From Octopus vulgaris (lineage: Eukaryota): a stretch of DNA of 64,000 nucleotides. This document shows positions 1 through 15,671 of the stretch, one piece after another. The position numbers and the translations under genes are program-made. The DNA is taken from positions 74,834,001-74,898,000 of the forward strand of contig OX597821.1 of assembly GCA_951406725.2 (NCBI GenBank), read 5' to 3'. Under the pieces are notes generated by a model that was not told the DNA's origin, ran no database searches, and saw only the letters and a program-made list of their open reading frames with translations. The first letter of the stretch is position 1. Each line of letters starts with the position of its first letter.

Positions 1-649
1 GTGTGTGTATGGGAACTCAAACGTATACGGCCAGATATTTTATCCTACGCTCGGACAAACTACTCTATTTGGCAATTATGTTTCCGTGGCCAGCAAAAAT
101 GGGATAGGCTGACCAATATCTGATCTTGTTAGTTACGCATCGAAGAAATTACATGCAACTTCTCTTTGCGGTGAGATTATTCGTTTAAAGCTATTTAGAA
201 TGAATAAAAAATAGGACTTATTTAAACAAATTAGTCTAATTTCCGTAACAGAGAATGCGCTGAGAACGTAGATTAAAGTGGCGGTAACAACTTTATTAAA
301 TTTTCACTATCAATCAAAGACTGAGTTAATGTATTTTGAATAAATTAAATCACGATGCAAGCGCATGTACTGTGCTGCTGTTTAGAATTAGCGAGAGCAG
401 CTTACGGATTAATTGAATAAATAATTATACTTGATAATAGGATTTGAGTTCACGTTCTTGTGTTGGTGAAAGACATACATATGTATGATTCTTCTTTGAC
501 TTTCATTTACGTTCTTCAAAAGAGGATTCACGCCGGCCGCTAACAAAGCGACTACACATTTTTTATATGTATGTATGCGTATATATGTACATGTATGTAT
601 GTGTGTATTCTTGCATGTATGTACGTATTTATTGATATATATATATGTC

Positions 650-826
<177 letters not shown>

Positions 827-942
827 GTGTGTATATATCCGTCTGTCTGTATGTCTCTATCTATCCGACTGTCCGTTCGTCCGTCTGTCCGTCTGTCTGC
901 CATTCTGTCTTTCTGTCTGCCTGTCCATCTGCTATCTATTTA

Positions 943-996
943 TTCATTTCATGTGGCTCAAATTTAATCAGCCGTAACGGGAACTAGCTGGATGCT
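943..996 (+). mobile_element. Fragment of SINE family D body
   Basis: ttcatttcatgtggctcaaatttaatcagccgtaacgggaactagctggatgct matches the reverse complement of 6738-6791 with about 2 mismatches. Confidence 0.7.
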
Positions 997-1229
997 GAGT
1001 TGTTGATCGGATACAAAACTAATAGTAACTTGAAAGAAAAATTAGACATTGCAAAGCTTGCCCTGGTTCTAGATATTGGTCAATCAATCTATATTTTGGC
1101 TGAGACTTTACAGGTAACAGGTGAAAGTCGATTACCTGGAAGAGCATATACCCGAAATTCTGTTTGCTATTAGTGATATGTATTATCACTCTCTCTCCCC
1201 ACTCTATCTATCTATCAATTTTCTCTCTC

Positions 1230-1233
1230 TCCT

Positions 1234-1265
<32 letters not shown>

Positions 1266-1330
1266 CTTAAACATATATATATATGCATCTCGATATGTAT
1301 TAAGTGTCTCTCTCTCTCTCTCTCTCTCTA

Positions 1331-1372
<42 letters not shown>

Positions 1373-1385
1373 TACACACACGCAT

Positions 1386-1453
<68 letters not shown>

Positions 1454-1690
1454 ATGTATGTATATATATATATATATGTATACATCTGTATCCCGTTCTC
1501 TCTCTCTCTCTATGAGTATTTGTATATATTTGAATGTATGTGTATGTACGTGTGCGTTTGTGTGTATATGTGTGTGTAGTATATATATATGTACGTATAT
1601 GCATGCGCGTGCGGCGCATAAGTCAGTGTGATCCTGTATTCGTTCATATTCGTTCACTTCCTCTTCATATATATATATATATATGTCAGG
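1230..1690. repeat. (TA)n/(TC)n/(CA)n compound microsatellite field
   Basis: Direct inspection. Confidence 0.95.
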
Positions 1691-2317
1691 ATAAAAGGGA
1701 GAGAGGTACATTTGAATTGAAGAAAATCAGCGGGGGATCCCTTAATGGAGACATCCTCAAAATGTGTGGTTGTATATGTCTGATTTATATAGCCCTAATA
1801 TCTATACTTTATCCTGTGTGGGTCTATAAACGGTGTATTTAATTGAAGTTCATTACCCGTAGTCGGGGCTGTTTTTATGAACTCCCTACGTCTACCTGGA
1901 CAAAATTAAGCACGTCAAATACTGTCTAATTATATATTGATATGAATTTATTTCCTAAAGAGCTGTTTAAATTTCTCCTTTAGACTGTGAGAAAACATAT
2001 GTCAAAGTGAGATATTTTAATAGAAACAACTATAAAGAAAAAAATAGAAAAACTTCCGCTGAATTATAATTCGGGAGTAATTTTTGACAGTTTTATATGA
2101 TAGTCTCCAAGCGTTGATGATGGATTTCGGAATATTACTGTGCGGATTAAGCTGTAAAGAAATCAGATAAAGCCACGACAGAGGCTTGATTAAAAGAAAC
2201 ATAAGGAAAGAAGATAGAACACAGTCGTGTTTTCAATATGTCAAATATCGAAAATAAAATAATTGTTCCTTAAACACACAATTACACACATATACGTATA
2301 TACGCATATGTTTTCTG

Positions 2318-2942
<625 letters not shown>

Positions 2943-3699
2943 TGGAAGGAAGTGGTCCAATGTTGGTTGTTTTCATGTTTCTGTACGCTCTCATTTCATT
3001 TCTGTTCATAAAACGTTGCGCTTCTGACTTCAATTTCCATTTTTGGACGTCATTAATGCATTCACAGGTGTTTCATTGTCCAGCTTTCTTTCTTTCTTTC
3101 TTTCATTTATTATTTCCTTCTTTTATTTTCTTTCTTTTATTTAACCTTTTCTTTCTTTTACTTCCCCTTCTCTCTCTCTCTCCTCCCTCTCTTTCTCATT
3201 CCATCCTCATTGATTCATCTGTTATACCCCAAACCTTTACTTGTGGTGGGTAAACGCCTAGCAGATACTGTGAGTTTTATGGAGAAGCAGTTGTTGCTGT
3301 TCCAATAGAAAAGAGGACGTCAAAGAAACTAAGAAATCTCTTTCTTGCGCTGATAGCTTGAAGAGGCGATCAACGAGCGAATGGGTAGATTTGACTGAAG
3401 AGGTGAGGTGTAAAAGCGAGCCAGAAAACACGTGCCTGACCAGGCGTAAAAGGCTGCTTCTATATATTAGATTTTATGACCAGTTAAAACGGCATGTCAC
3501 ATCAAGTGGTAAGTGGCTGATTTAGCGCTCGTAACTACTCCATCAAAACAACAGGACAAGATGGGGCTTTGCATCTTCTACTTTGATTTTAATCACTCTC
3601 TCCTCTCTTTTCCTCAATCGTTCATCATCTCTCTTACAATAAATGCACACTCACACATCTATTTTTGTTCTTCTCTTCAGCTCTCTCCCACTTTGTCTC

Positions 3700-4050
<351 letters not shown>

Positions 4051-4845
4051 TGTCCTCATTCTTATCTATCTGCCTTCTTATGTACATAAGTACAAAGATA
4101 AATTTATACATATCAAAATACTCTCTCACTCTCTCTCTTTTTCTCTCTCTTTCTATCTACCTATCTATCTCCCTCTCCATTTTTCCCTATCTCTATTTTT
4201 ATAGGCAAATTATTAGATAAATAAATGCCTTCTTTTCTCTCATGTAACTGCCTTCATTTTGCGCTTCCAGTTCTGCATTGTGATTTTTATGACATTTTCT
4301 CCCGTCTATTTACGTCTTCCATGAACACAGAACCAGAATACAACAATAACAACAACAACAACACAGAAATGCAACTACATTAAACATCTTCTTATCAGTT
4401 ATTTCTCATCCCAAGAAAGTGTTGCCAATCACTTTAGACATTATAGTTTAAGATAACCCAGCATCATTAAGTATAACATATTAATACTTAACAATAACAG
4501 CTAACACTTTAGAAATATTTGCTTATAAGATCTCTGATTGAGGAGCTAAAGGACCAGCAACTTCTCTTCCTTATATCCCCTCCTTTTTTCCCCTTTACAT
4601 CAGGCCCTGGCCCTCATCTATATATCTTACGTACAAAAGCTATCCCCCAGTCTGCCCTCTTTTCCAAACTTAGCATTGCTTCTGTAAACAAAATAATTAA
4701 ACAAATAATCGGCACCAACACCATTTAAAATACATCCACTGCCTAAAGGCCCTTCAATATTTTAAACTAGGAGGTGTTTTTTGAAAATAAGTTTCGACAT
4801 ATATAGACAGCCGCATCCCCCCCCCCCGTGGCCGCTTTCTTCTGG

Positions 4846-5015
4846 GCTGAGACCCACCTGTTAATACATATCGAGTCGATCTATGTTCTGAAGCATTCAA
4901 GTAATGACCAATCTGTTTTATTTTCTCTCTTTTTAAGACAGCAGAGAGTGTTTTGATTCAAATTTGGTTTCTGTTTTGGCAATCCGAGCAACGCGAAATG
5001 ACAATCTCTTTGGCT
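4846..5015 (+). repeat. Old dispersed repeat family E (gacctatgatcaaag...ccagccatgaccatc / atttggctgctatttctagcagg)
   Basis: Similar degenerate blocks recur at about 10378-10560, 10680-10830, 18910-18985, 22420-22490, 34620-34690, 45888-45950, 47425-47590 and 63075-63275. Confidence 0.55.
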
Positions 5016-5052
5016 TTTATGCTCTCAGTTAATATTTCATGGTTAACCAAAA

Positions 5053-5490
5053 GTGACGAGCTGCTGGAATCGGTAGCACGCCGGGCAAAAGACATAGCGG
5101 TATTTGGCCCGTTCTGAGTTCAAATACCACCGAGGTCGGCTTTGCTTTCATCATTTTGGGGCTGGCAAAATAAGTACCAGCTGAACACTGGGGTCGATGT
5201 AATCGACTTAACCTCTTCCCCAAAATTGCTGGCCTCGTGTTAGAGTTTGAAACCAGTGTTTCATAGTAACGAAAGGGTGGCAAACTGGCAGAATCGTTAG
5301 TACGCCGGGGAAAATGCTTAGCAGTACTTCGTCCGTCTTTACGTTCACAGTTCAAATGCTGCTGGGGTCGATTTCGCCTTTCATTCTTTCGGGGGTCAAT
5401 AAAATAAGTAGCAATTGAGCATTAGAGTCCATGTAACCGACTTACCCGCTCCCCTGAAATTGCTGACCTTGGGCCAAAATTTGAAACCAA
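5053..5490 (+). mobile_element. Two tandem tRNA-derived SINE family A copies (5053-5256, 5275-5490)
   Basis: Each has the head (ctggcagaa.cgttagcacgccggg; B-box-like gagttcaaat), body (ggtcgactttgcctttcatcctttcggggtcgataaaataagtaccag) and tail (ggccttgtg...ttgaaacca). Related flank aatatttcat(g/a)g.aac at about 5031, 5255 and 5489. Confidence 0.9.
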
Positions 5491-5671
5491 TATTTCATAG
5501 CAACTTAAGCGACCTACAAACAAATTTATAATCTCAGAATTCGTGTGTTCGTAATAAATGAAAATACTTTAGTTTCCGACAATTTATCATGCGAAATAAT
5601 TTGACACTGTAATTGATCAACGATGGTGATGCGATCAAATATACTTCGAAAGCCTATTAGTTTATCTAAAC

Positions 5672-6433
5672 CACGGTCCTCAACCATTCTTTATCTATAG
5701 ACCCCTTTGGTTGCTATTTTATTCTAGTGGACCCCCAATAGCCATTCAATGTTTAAAAACCAGTTTTATATAAACTTCTTTCAAAATTCCTATTTTGTTT
5801 TTCCCACATTAACTTGTGTAGGTTGAACTATGTGAAAGGCGGCGAGCTGGCAGAAACGTTAGCACGCCGGGCGAAATGCTTAGCGGTATTTCGACTGCGT
5901 TACGTTGTGAGTTCAAATTCCGCCGAGGTCGACTTTGCCTTTCATCCTTTCGGGGTCGATAAATTAAATACCAGTTACGCACTGGGGTCGATGTAATCGA
6001 CTTAATACCTATGTCTGTCCTTGTTTGTCCGCTCTGTGTTTAGCCCCTTGTGGGTAATAAAGAAATAGGTATTTCGTCTGCCGCTACGTTCTGAGTTCAA
6101 ATTCCCCCGAGGTCGACTTTGCCTTTCATCCTTTCGGGAGTCGATAAAATAAGTACCAGTTACGCACTGGGGTCGATGTAATCGACTTAATCTCTTTGTC
6201 CTTGTTTGTCCTCTCTGTGTTTACCCCCCCCCCAGTGGGCAATAAAGAAATATATGTGAAAGAAGCCTAGCTGTTTCTTACATTACACACCAATACATAT
6301 ACCAAAAGTCATTTTTTTTTAGGGGCCCTTAAGATGCTATTGTCGATCCCCAATTTATTATTGTGTGACGTGGAACCCTAAAAACCTTATATGAACCCTC
6401 AGGGGCCATACGGACCCAGATGGAGAACCGCTG
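5672..6433. mobile_element. Non-autonomous hAT (Charlie-like) DNA transposon/MITE interrupted by a SINE
   Basis: Imperfect TIRs ca-cggtcctcaacc ... gatggagaaccgctg. 8-bp TSD atctaaac (5664-5671)/atctagac (6434-6441) matches the NTCTAGAN preference. Subterminal ggaccc repeats. Confidence 0.8.
5839..6252 (+). mobile_element. Young SINE family A, head plus two body-tail units
   Basis: 10-bp TSD tatgtgaaag (5829-5838/6253-6262). Second unit restarts at ggtatttcgtctgcc directly after the tail aaagaaata. Confidence 0.93.
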
Positions 6434-6649
6434 ATCTAGACTAATCCTTTAATTGACCAACAGCCACTCACATAAAGAAAAACAACCCATTTGCCCAGCA
6501 CTACCTCCATTCATTGTCTCTGATACCCTGACTAGAAATGGTTCTGTTGTTCTAAACAAGCAAATCTTAAAACTAATCTACAAAATACAACCCATCAACA
6601 TTCGTGGGTAAATAACGAACGTTTGGTAAGGTACCTTCACTAATTGTTT

Positions 6650-6855
6650 TGGATGCCAATGTAGTCGCGAGCTGGGATTGACAGTTTCTCGGCCCCTTGA
6701 TTCAGAGAGAGCATGTGGTAGCAGACAAGGATGTAAGAGCATCCAGCTGGTTCCCGTTACGGCTGAGTAAATTTGAGCCACATGAAATGAAGTGCATTGC
6801 CAAGATTTGAACCCACGACTCATAAGCCAAACACTCTAACCACTAGGCCGCGCCC
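6650..6855 (-). mobile_element. tRNA-derived SINE family D
   Basis: Minus strand reads gcgcggcctagtggttagagtg (A box) ... gtcgtgggttcaaatctt (B box), then the body shared with 943-996. Confidence 0.7.
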
Positions 6856-7298
6856 ATTAACAACATTTAAACCATTCAAAATAGATGACATTCTATACAA
6901 CAGAAACATTTGTCTTTTTGTTTCAAGTAAAAATCAACTCAATAGCCGCAACGAGATTTTCAAATGGCCACATGGTTTTATAGAACACGTAACCAATACC
7001 ACCAAAGTAATAGGTATGTGTGTTCTGTTTATAATGTAACTATACAAGGAAAGTGATTAACATTCATCGTAGATTGTTATTTGGTGTCGCAAAACTAGAA
7101 GCAACTGTAATGATCCAACTGAGCTCACCACGCCTGCTACTGTTGTCACCAACGTAACCCCCAACAACAGGTTAGAAAATATAAGATTGGGTAGAGTTAC
7201 ATCGTAGTGTGGATGAGGTTTTCTGGAACCAAAGCTCCATAAACCCTATTTTAGTATAAAGTTCAACCATTTATCCTACGATATTTCTGCTGTTTAAA

Positions 7299-7506
7299 GC
7301 AGCGAGCTGGCAGTAAAGTTAGCACGCAGGGCGAAATACTGATCGGCATTGCGTCTGTCTTTACGTTCTGAGTTCAAATTCCGCTGAGGTCGACTTTGCT
7401 TTTGGAGTCGATAAATTAAGTACCAGTTGCGTACTGGTGTCGAGCTAATCGACTGCACCCACCTCCCCAAAAATTGTGGGCCTTGTGCCTAGAGTAGAAA
7501 AGAATA
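7299..7506 (+). mobile_element. SINE family A
   Basis: Head, body and tail (gggccttgtgcctagagtagaaaagaa); atatttct occurs on both sides. Confidence 0.9.
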
Positions 7507-8613
7507 TTTCTTGTGATAAATAAGCCAATTTTTTATTGTCCCATCTAACATCACACATACTCGACACATGATACCATTTTTAACTTATCAATTTTCACTA
7601 CCCGTGCAACCTAAATACCTGATTTGTACTTCTACAAAGAACAGCGTTCCCATTTTGCCCTGATCACTCGCTGAGTTTCTAAATAGACAAGATCCACGTA
7701 AGATACAACTCAAATAAGAGAGACAGAACTGCAACTATAAACAGAAATATCTGAGATCAAATGAAAGACGTCTAATTGTTTATCAAAGCATAGCTCACTC
7801 GTTTGTTCCAGATAGAAGCTCTTATAACTGAAGTGGGTTGTTTTCTATCAATCTCTTCTATATTTACTCCAACGGTTTTAAGTACAGAAAACGAGTCTCC
7901 TCTGCATATCTGAACTAGTTATCTCTGTACTACTTCTGCGCGGTCGTATCGTATCGACACATCTCTCGCTCCTGCTGCATTCATTACCGTTATTCTCTCT
8001 CATCACCTTGAGCATCGCGCCACAAAAACCCAACTCTTCCAGAACAATAACCTGAAATTCCTTTTTCGAAACACGTTTTTACAACAAACGTCGAATTACT
8101 GATGATGATGAACGTGAATATCAAGTATCACCATCTGACCAATGTTGAAGGAAAGATGTAAAAAAAAAAAAAGAAAAAAAGAAAAAAAATCATGGACATT
8201 ACCACGCCACACTTATGACTAACGGAGATAGTAAAAGAAAAACAACAACAACAATAAAGTCAAAAATATCTCAAGGACAATGGACTCGGTCGTAAATATG
8301 CGCCAAAATGCTTTAATACTTGGTCTTAAATAAAGGAGATATATTTTAGCGAAAACACATCTTATTTCCACACTGTTACGAGCGAAACGAGGTGCTACTT
8401 AAGACATTTGACATGATTGATGCAGCTTTCGGTATCTGTAGGATGTGTTTTCCAATGGGACCCTCTATAAATATGTATGTATGTAGGTATATAAACAGGT
8501 GAAAAGGTAAGTAAAGTTGACCAGCATTGTTAGTAATCGATATCTACATATATATACATAAACATAAAACCATACATACACTCACGCACTGTAGCCACAC
8601 TCATACACACACA

Positions 8614-8644
<31 letters not shown>

Positions 8645-8809
8645 CGCACACACGTGTTTATGGATATACGCTCACAATGAAATTCAATGTAATTCAGCTC
8701 GTTAGAAATCCTAATGTAGCTAATGTGTTAATAGAAGACACACACAGAGACACGCACATGCTCACACACACACACGCACACACACACACAGCGATACATA
8801 CATAAAGAA

Positions 8810-8867
8810 TACATACATGTATACGTACATATGTGCATACATATATATTTGTATGATACAAACATAC

Positions 8868-8917
<50 letters not shown>

Positions 8918-9340
8918 AGATATATATATATATACATATATATATATGTGTGTATATATATATATATATACACATATATATAGATATATATTCACATACA
9001 TTCATAATGCATTCATTCATACACACATATATACATACATACAAACATACATACATGCATACATACATACATACATAACTACATACATACATACATACAT
9101 ACACACATACATACATGCATACATACATACATACATACATACATACATACATACATACATACATACATACATACATACATGCATGCATACATGCATACAT
9201 ACATATATACATAAATACATAAATACATACATACATACATACATACATACAAACATACATATATACATACATACATATATACATATATACATATATATAC
9301 ATACATACATACGTACATACATACATGTATACATATAAAT
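8810..9340. repeat. (TA)n/(CATA)n microsatellite field
   Basis: Direct inspection. Confidence 0.96.
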
Positions 9341-9694
9341 ATATTTGACTTACAGAAGAGGGAAGAGATGCCGACAATAGCAAAAGTGAAGGAAATTGCA
9401 AGAAAAAAAAGAAATAAAGAAAAAAGAACAGAAATAAATAACAAAATAAAAGCCTAAGTAAATGAATAAATAAGAAAAAGGCAGCGGCAACAATAACAAG
9501 AAGAAGAAGATCATGAGTAAAATCTAAGAAATCCTCACTAGTGGCGCTATAAATCAGAGAAAATAGCCATTTAGGGTGAATCCCGCCGGGTTTTGTCACG
9601 GCGTTGTCATTATAATGTTGAAAACTCCGACAGACGGGGGTCGGTAGTTATGAAGACAGGACCAATACATAAAACTTACAACAAACATTGTCTA

Positions 9695-10345
9695 TGGTAA
9701 TGGTGATGGTGGTGGTGGCGGTGGTAGTGGTGTTGGTCTTGGTGGCGGTGTTGGTGGTGGTGGTCATGTTAATGGTGGTAGTGGTGGTGGTGGAGATGAA
9801 GCTGTGGTAGTGGTGGCGTGTGTGTGTGTGTACGTGTATTTGCGTGTGTTGCTAGTGGCGGTGGTAGTGGTGTTGGTCTTGGTGGTGGTGGTTGTGGTGG
9901 TTGTGGTAGTGGTGGTGGTGGCGGCGTGTGTGTTTGTGTGTGCTTGTGTATGTGTGTATTTGCGTGTGTTGCTAGTGGCGGCGGTAGTGATGTTGGTCTT
10001 GGTGGCGGTGTTGGTGGTGGTTGTGATGGTGGTGGTGTCGTAGGAAATAATAAGGTGGTGGCGACGGTGGTGGTCATGTTAATGGTAGTTAGTGGTGGTG
10101 GTGGAGATGAAGCTGTGGTGGTGGAGGTGGTGCGCGCTCGCGTGTATTTGCGTATGTTGCTAGCGATTTGCATGTTTAGTGGCGAGTATGGTGGTTGTAG
10201 TGGTTGAGGAGGTGTTGTATGTGATGGTAAGGTGGCGATGGGTAATATTGGTGGTGGCGGTAGCTCGTGATAAAGGTGGTGGCGTAGTAGTAGTAGTAGC
10301 ACCAGCAGCAGCAGTTGTAGTAGTAGTATTAATAGTAGTTGCTGT
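9695..10345. repeat. (GGT)n-based higher-order minisatellite
   Basis: Blocks gtgtatttgcgt(g/a)tgttgctag (x3), ggtcttggtgg (x3) and ggtcatgttaatgg...ggagatgaagctgtgg (x2) embedded in GGT repeats. Confidence 0.9.
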
Positions 10346-12476
10346 AGTAGTAGTAATAGTTTATTGTTAATTCTAGTTGTTTTGCTCCAAGTCAGTCTTG
10401 TTTGTGTAAACCATTAATCAAGGCGTTCGAGTCATGGCCCTCCAGTCAAACTTATCAAATTTTTTTTTTTCTTTTATGACCATAGTTACAATTTGAGTGG
10501 TGATTGTCTGCTATTTCTAACAGGTCAGGTGTCTAAGAAAATGTTCTCTCGTTCTTGCAGAGTTAGTTGTTTTGTGTCAATACAAAACTGACTTCGCATT
10601 CCTATCAACGCCGCCGCCACTGTCACTGTCATCTTCGTTGTTTTACTCTTTAAAAAAAAAAAAATTGTTATCCGGCCATTGGTCAGTTCTAATCGAGTAG
10701 ACCTATGCATGAAAAGAATGAGATGATTTAGGCTTGCATAATACAAAACTGTACTTATTAAGGAGATAAACTGTAATTTGAGGAGACTTAAATGCTATTT
10801 CTAGCATATCAAAACACCTACGGATGGCTGGTTGTTTGTGAATGTGTGTGTGTACAGTGGTGGTGGTCATTGAACAATGGAAAGATAGACGGAAGTCATT
10901 ATTAACCTTCATCTCAAATCTGAACAGTCCACGGAGAGCCATAGCGTGGACCATCAGTGGTCCATCGCTTCAGCAGCCCTCACAACTTAAGACTTTGCCA
11001 AACAGTTGAGCGGCAGAAAATTGAGCTAATTTTTCAATGGCACAGTGCAGCACCCCACCTTTCACCCCAGGTTTTCTGTACGACAATCAGTAACTATTTT
11101 CTCTCAGACCATTCACCTGATTATCAGTGTTTCCACACTGGCCGAGGATATGCTAACTGCTTAACACAGGCCTCTGTATTCTTTGGGAGGCCCATAGTCT
11201 CTCTAAAGAACTAAATCGAGGTGGTTATAATGGAATAGTAAAGCTGGTAGTGAGGTAGAAGTGTTTTTAGAAATTGCTTTATATTAATAATATAAATATA
11301 TATATACATATATGCACACACAAATGTACATGCCTACATATATATGTATATATACATGCATATATGGGTACAGGACATCAAAAAACGTGAGCAAGATGAG
11401 AAACGAGAACATAAAAAACAAAAACATGGAAAACGAACTTTTTGCACAGCAAAAGAAACAAATAGACAAACGCGACAGACAACATAAAGAACATCCCCTT
11501 CATCAGTTGTCTCCTGTTTTATCTACTCCGCGTTGGTAACACTGACTGAAGTGAAGTGTGCTATGCTATTGTTTGTAGTAATAGAAAAGATGCAGACGAT
11601 CCATTAACGAAATGTGTTGGATGAAGATGGTCGAAACGGTCGTAGAGAAATCACATGTTTGTGAGTTTCTGTTAGTGTATTCTAGTATGGAGAGATGCAT
11701 TTCGTTGCGCCTGTATTTGCCACAAAATACTAAAAGTATTCGATAAAATAAGATCCTGTTGTAAAGCTGTCTTTTGCCACTTTTGTATGTCTTTTGATGA
11801 CGGTTGTCGCTCTGACAGAGATTGTTATATTGTTATATTCCAAACTCGTCGATAGAATGGTTCAATCTGGCACTGTATGACCCCACGCACCCATACAGGA
11901 TTAGTATCCTCAAAAGGTTGGATCGTTATAATGTCCACTTAGTATCACAGTATAATTACTATATCAGTACAGACACGACTATCAACTCAGTCTACACCTA
12001 CTCTCACCTTTCTAAACTCTCTCTCAGTCGACTGGTTACTTGTGTATTTATAATGGCTGCCTGCTACCACTTTTATCGGGAGTTGTGTACAGTTTCACTA
12101 TACAACAGTCCCAAATTTAAATAAGTAATGGGTGGGGAGGGGGGCGAAACGATCGACTAAAATCCATATGAAGTGGTGCCCCAATATTGGCGAGGTCCAA
12201 AGACATAGTTAAGTAATAAAATAAAAGCAGTATAGACAAACATCTGTATACTAACATACGTTGTTCCTATGCAGTGTTAGAAAGTCGAGAGAATTATTTT
12301 TTATATAAAGCAGGGTGACGAAATTTGACGGAAATGAACGATCTAAAAGGTGTCTCTTTCCGACTATCGTCTTGTTTTGTGAGAAATGGGTGAGAGTTTT
12401 CCACGGCCCTGCTTGCTTTACAAATTTACATAACCTCTTTAGAATACTGTTAAATGCTACATACATAGATACATAG

Positions 12477-12531
<55 letters not shown>

Positions 12532-12532
12532 C

Positions 12533-12770
12533 TCTTTTACTCTTTTACTTGTTTCAGTCATCTGATTGTAGCCATGCTGCAACACCGCCTTTAGTCGATC
12601 GAGCAAATCGACCCCAGATCTTATAATTTGTAAGCCTAGTACTTATTCTATCAGTCTCTTTTGCCGAACTACTAAGTTAAAGGGACGTAAACACACCACC
12701 ATCGGTTGTCAAGCGATGTGGGGGGGGGCAAACACAGACACACAAACATATACACACACATACATAGAAA
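12533..12770 (-). mobile_element. SINE family B, 3' half
   Basis: ttttacttgtttcagtca...atcgacccca...agtacttattctatc...ttgccgaac...ggttgtcaagcgatg, shared with many copies in the window. Confidence 0.9.
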
Positions 12771-12792
12771 CATACATACATACATACATACA

Positions 12793-12825
<33 letters not shown>

Positions 12826-12838
12826 GTATATACATATC

Positions 12839-13290
12839 CGAGGTCTGATCAATAAGATGATATTGTGCAATTTAAACCCAAGTGTCCTGTTGGTCAGCTG
12901 AAAGTAGATTTGGCACAAACTTGGTAGAGATAACTCATACCCAAATCTTCAGTGATAATGGACTGAACTGAACTGTAACTAATCTGCGGATCCTCTGATA
13001 ACTCACGGATGGTGATTCGACGACGTTTCCTCACAGCTGCACTCACATCTGCGATGTTTTTCTCGGTTCTGTTGGTTACTGGTCTCCCAGAACGTTCGTC
13101 AATATCGACATTTCTTCGGCCATTTTGGAATCATCTGAACCACTCGTACACTTGTGTGCGGCTCATACACTCCTCTCCATACACGTTCTGCAACATTGCA
13201 TAGGCCTCTGAGCAGGTATCGTCATGACAACTTTCTCTGTCATGGTCATTGCGACGATCACACGCTACACACCTTCCTTCCAACCACTAC
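12839..13290 (-). pseudogene. Mariner transposase remnant (N-terminal HTH region), internally deleted, with one TIR
   Basis: Minus-strand translation EAYAMLQNVYGEECMSRTQVYEWFR*FQNGRRNVDIDERSGRP...RRITIRELSE...SVQSIITEDLGM..KFVPNLLS (WVP-like linker). TIR-like cgaggtctgatcaataag at 12839. Confidence 0.9.
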
Positions 13291-13324
13291 TATAAATATC
13301 AGGAATGAACTAGAACTTCACAAC

Positions 13325-13735
<411 letters not shown>

Positions 13736-14366
13736 TATCGGTAAACTGGGAGGTGGATTGGTACAGTCGCTTGAGTATCATACCAAATGTGCGACATACT
13801 TTGGATCTTAACGTTCGGTGTTCAAATACGATGAATTTCAACTTCGTTTCTCCTTATTGCGCATATCGATCCTCATTCCAACATCGATAGGTCATAGTCT
13901 CAAAAATCGTCTGGTTGTGGTCCTACGTTAGAAATAATAATTATTTTACACGTATCTCTATTTTATAGAAACATTTAATGATGTCTTTTGGAATATTTTG
14001 TTATAGTCGTGTTCGAAACATAACACTAATTTTTGTTTGTTTCCGACGGTTTTAAGTTATCCATTTTGGGACTAATTTTAGCTGGAATGCGAGTAATATA
14101 AAAACATGTAACATGAATTAGAGATAATTTTGATCATATAATATTTCTCTTTATCTTTTTGAAAAATATTTGGGAACGGTGTATTTGTCTTAAACCTACG
14201 GAAATCTTTTAGAAAAAACAAAATGAACAAAATGAACAGAAATTGAAAAATACGAAAATGAAGAATTAACTAAACACAAAAAAGACATGTATCATATACA
14301 CACATACATACACACATACATACATACATACATACATAATACATACATACATACATATATATATAT

Positions 14367-14435
<69 letters not shown>

Positions 14436-14942
14436 TGTATGCGAAAACACTCACATGTATGCATTCATAGACACACATTCAGATGCACACACGCACACGT
14501 ATATATCGCTGTACAGTGTATTAAGAATCCTGTTGCAGTAGCAGTGATGGAAAGGCGAATTCAAGGTTTTTGGTTTTCATTTAAAGACAGTCTTAAGAAA
14601 TAATTGACTCCAAACTTATATTGATAGCTACGTTTATGTCCCGGGCTGTGCGTGTCTCCAGTCAGTGATGGCTTATAGCTTACTATAATTTATATCCGTA
14701 AATAGCTGTGTTCAACACAATCCGCTCTTGTCTACGACCACCTAGATTCTTTCGAAACACATATATGTATGTAGAGGCGAGTAAGCATAAAGTATTTTAC
14801 AGGTGTAAAAGCAGTAAGTTGGACAGGACATAGAAAATATTTTATCGTAAAAAATGATAATGGAGTAGATACTTTAAAAGTCATCCGTTGCAAATAGGCA
14901 CACATCTTCACAAATATGCACACACACACTCACACAAGCACG

Positions 14943-15006
<64 letters not shown>

Positions 15007-15027
15007 CATATACATACATACAAATAA

Positions 15028-15065
<38 letters not shown>

Positions 15066-15435
15066 GTTCGTACATATAACATATAGAACATGAAATGAAA
15101 TCACGGCATGAAAAATATCAAAAATAGTATGATTCATGACGGAGTATATTTTCAGAATCTTGAAGTGAGAGGAAGAAATAAGAGTTTGAAATAACATTTG
15201 GAAGTAGGGACAGATATATTTTCTTTACGCTGTCATGTGATTAGCTTTGCAGCTTATTCTTATTACGACTATTAATAGGCAACTTGTGCATCGGTTTAGA
15301 AAGTTGGTCCCAACAGAAAATAATATTTCATTAACATGAAACATCTACAGACATTTGCTACGTATTTATCCTTTTTTCATATATGTACATGTATGTATGT
15401 ATGTACGTATAAATAGAGAGATAGACATACATATT

Positions 15436-15480
<45 letters not shown>

Positions 15481-15506
15481 TATATATATATATATATATA
15501 CATATG

Positions 15507-15571
<65 letters not shown>

Positions 15572-15671
15572 CTTATATGTATATACATATATATTTACTT
15601 ATATGTATGTATTGTATTTATGTATGTATATATATAGTTGGTTGTCATAAAAAAACTGAGAGTTTCGGATG

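Noticed and set aside
3240-3480. Possible LINE RT fragment on the minus strand
   Set aside because: Only a faint resemblance, with no diagnostic motif recovered.
9769-10302. Pro/Thr-rich extensin- or mucin-like ORF
   Set aside because: It derives from a (GGT)n minisatellite with embedded (TG)n, and there is no splice or codon evidence.
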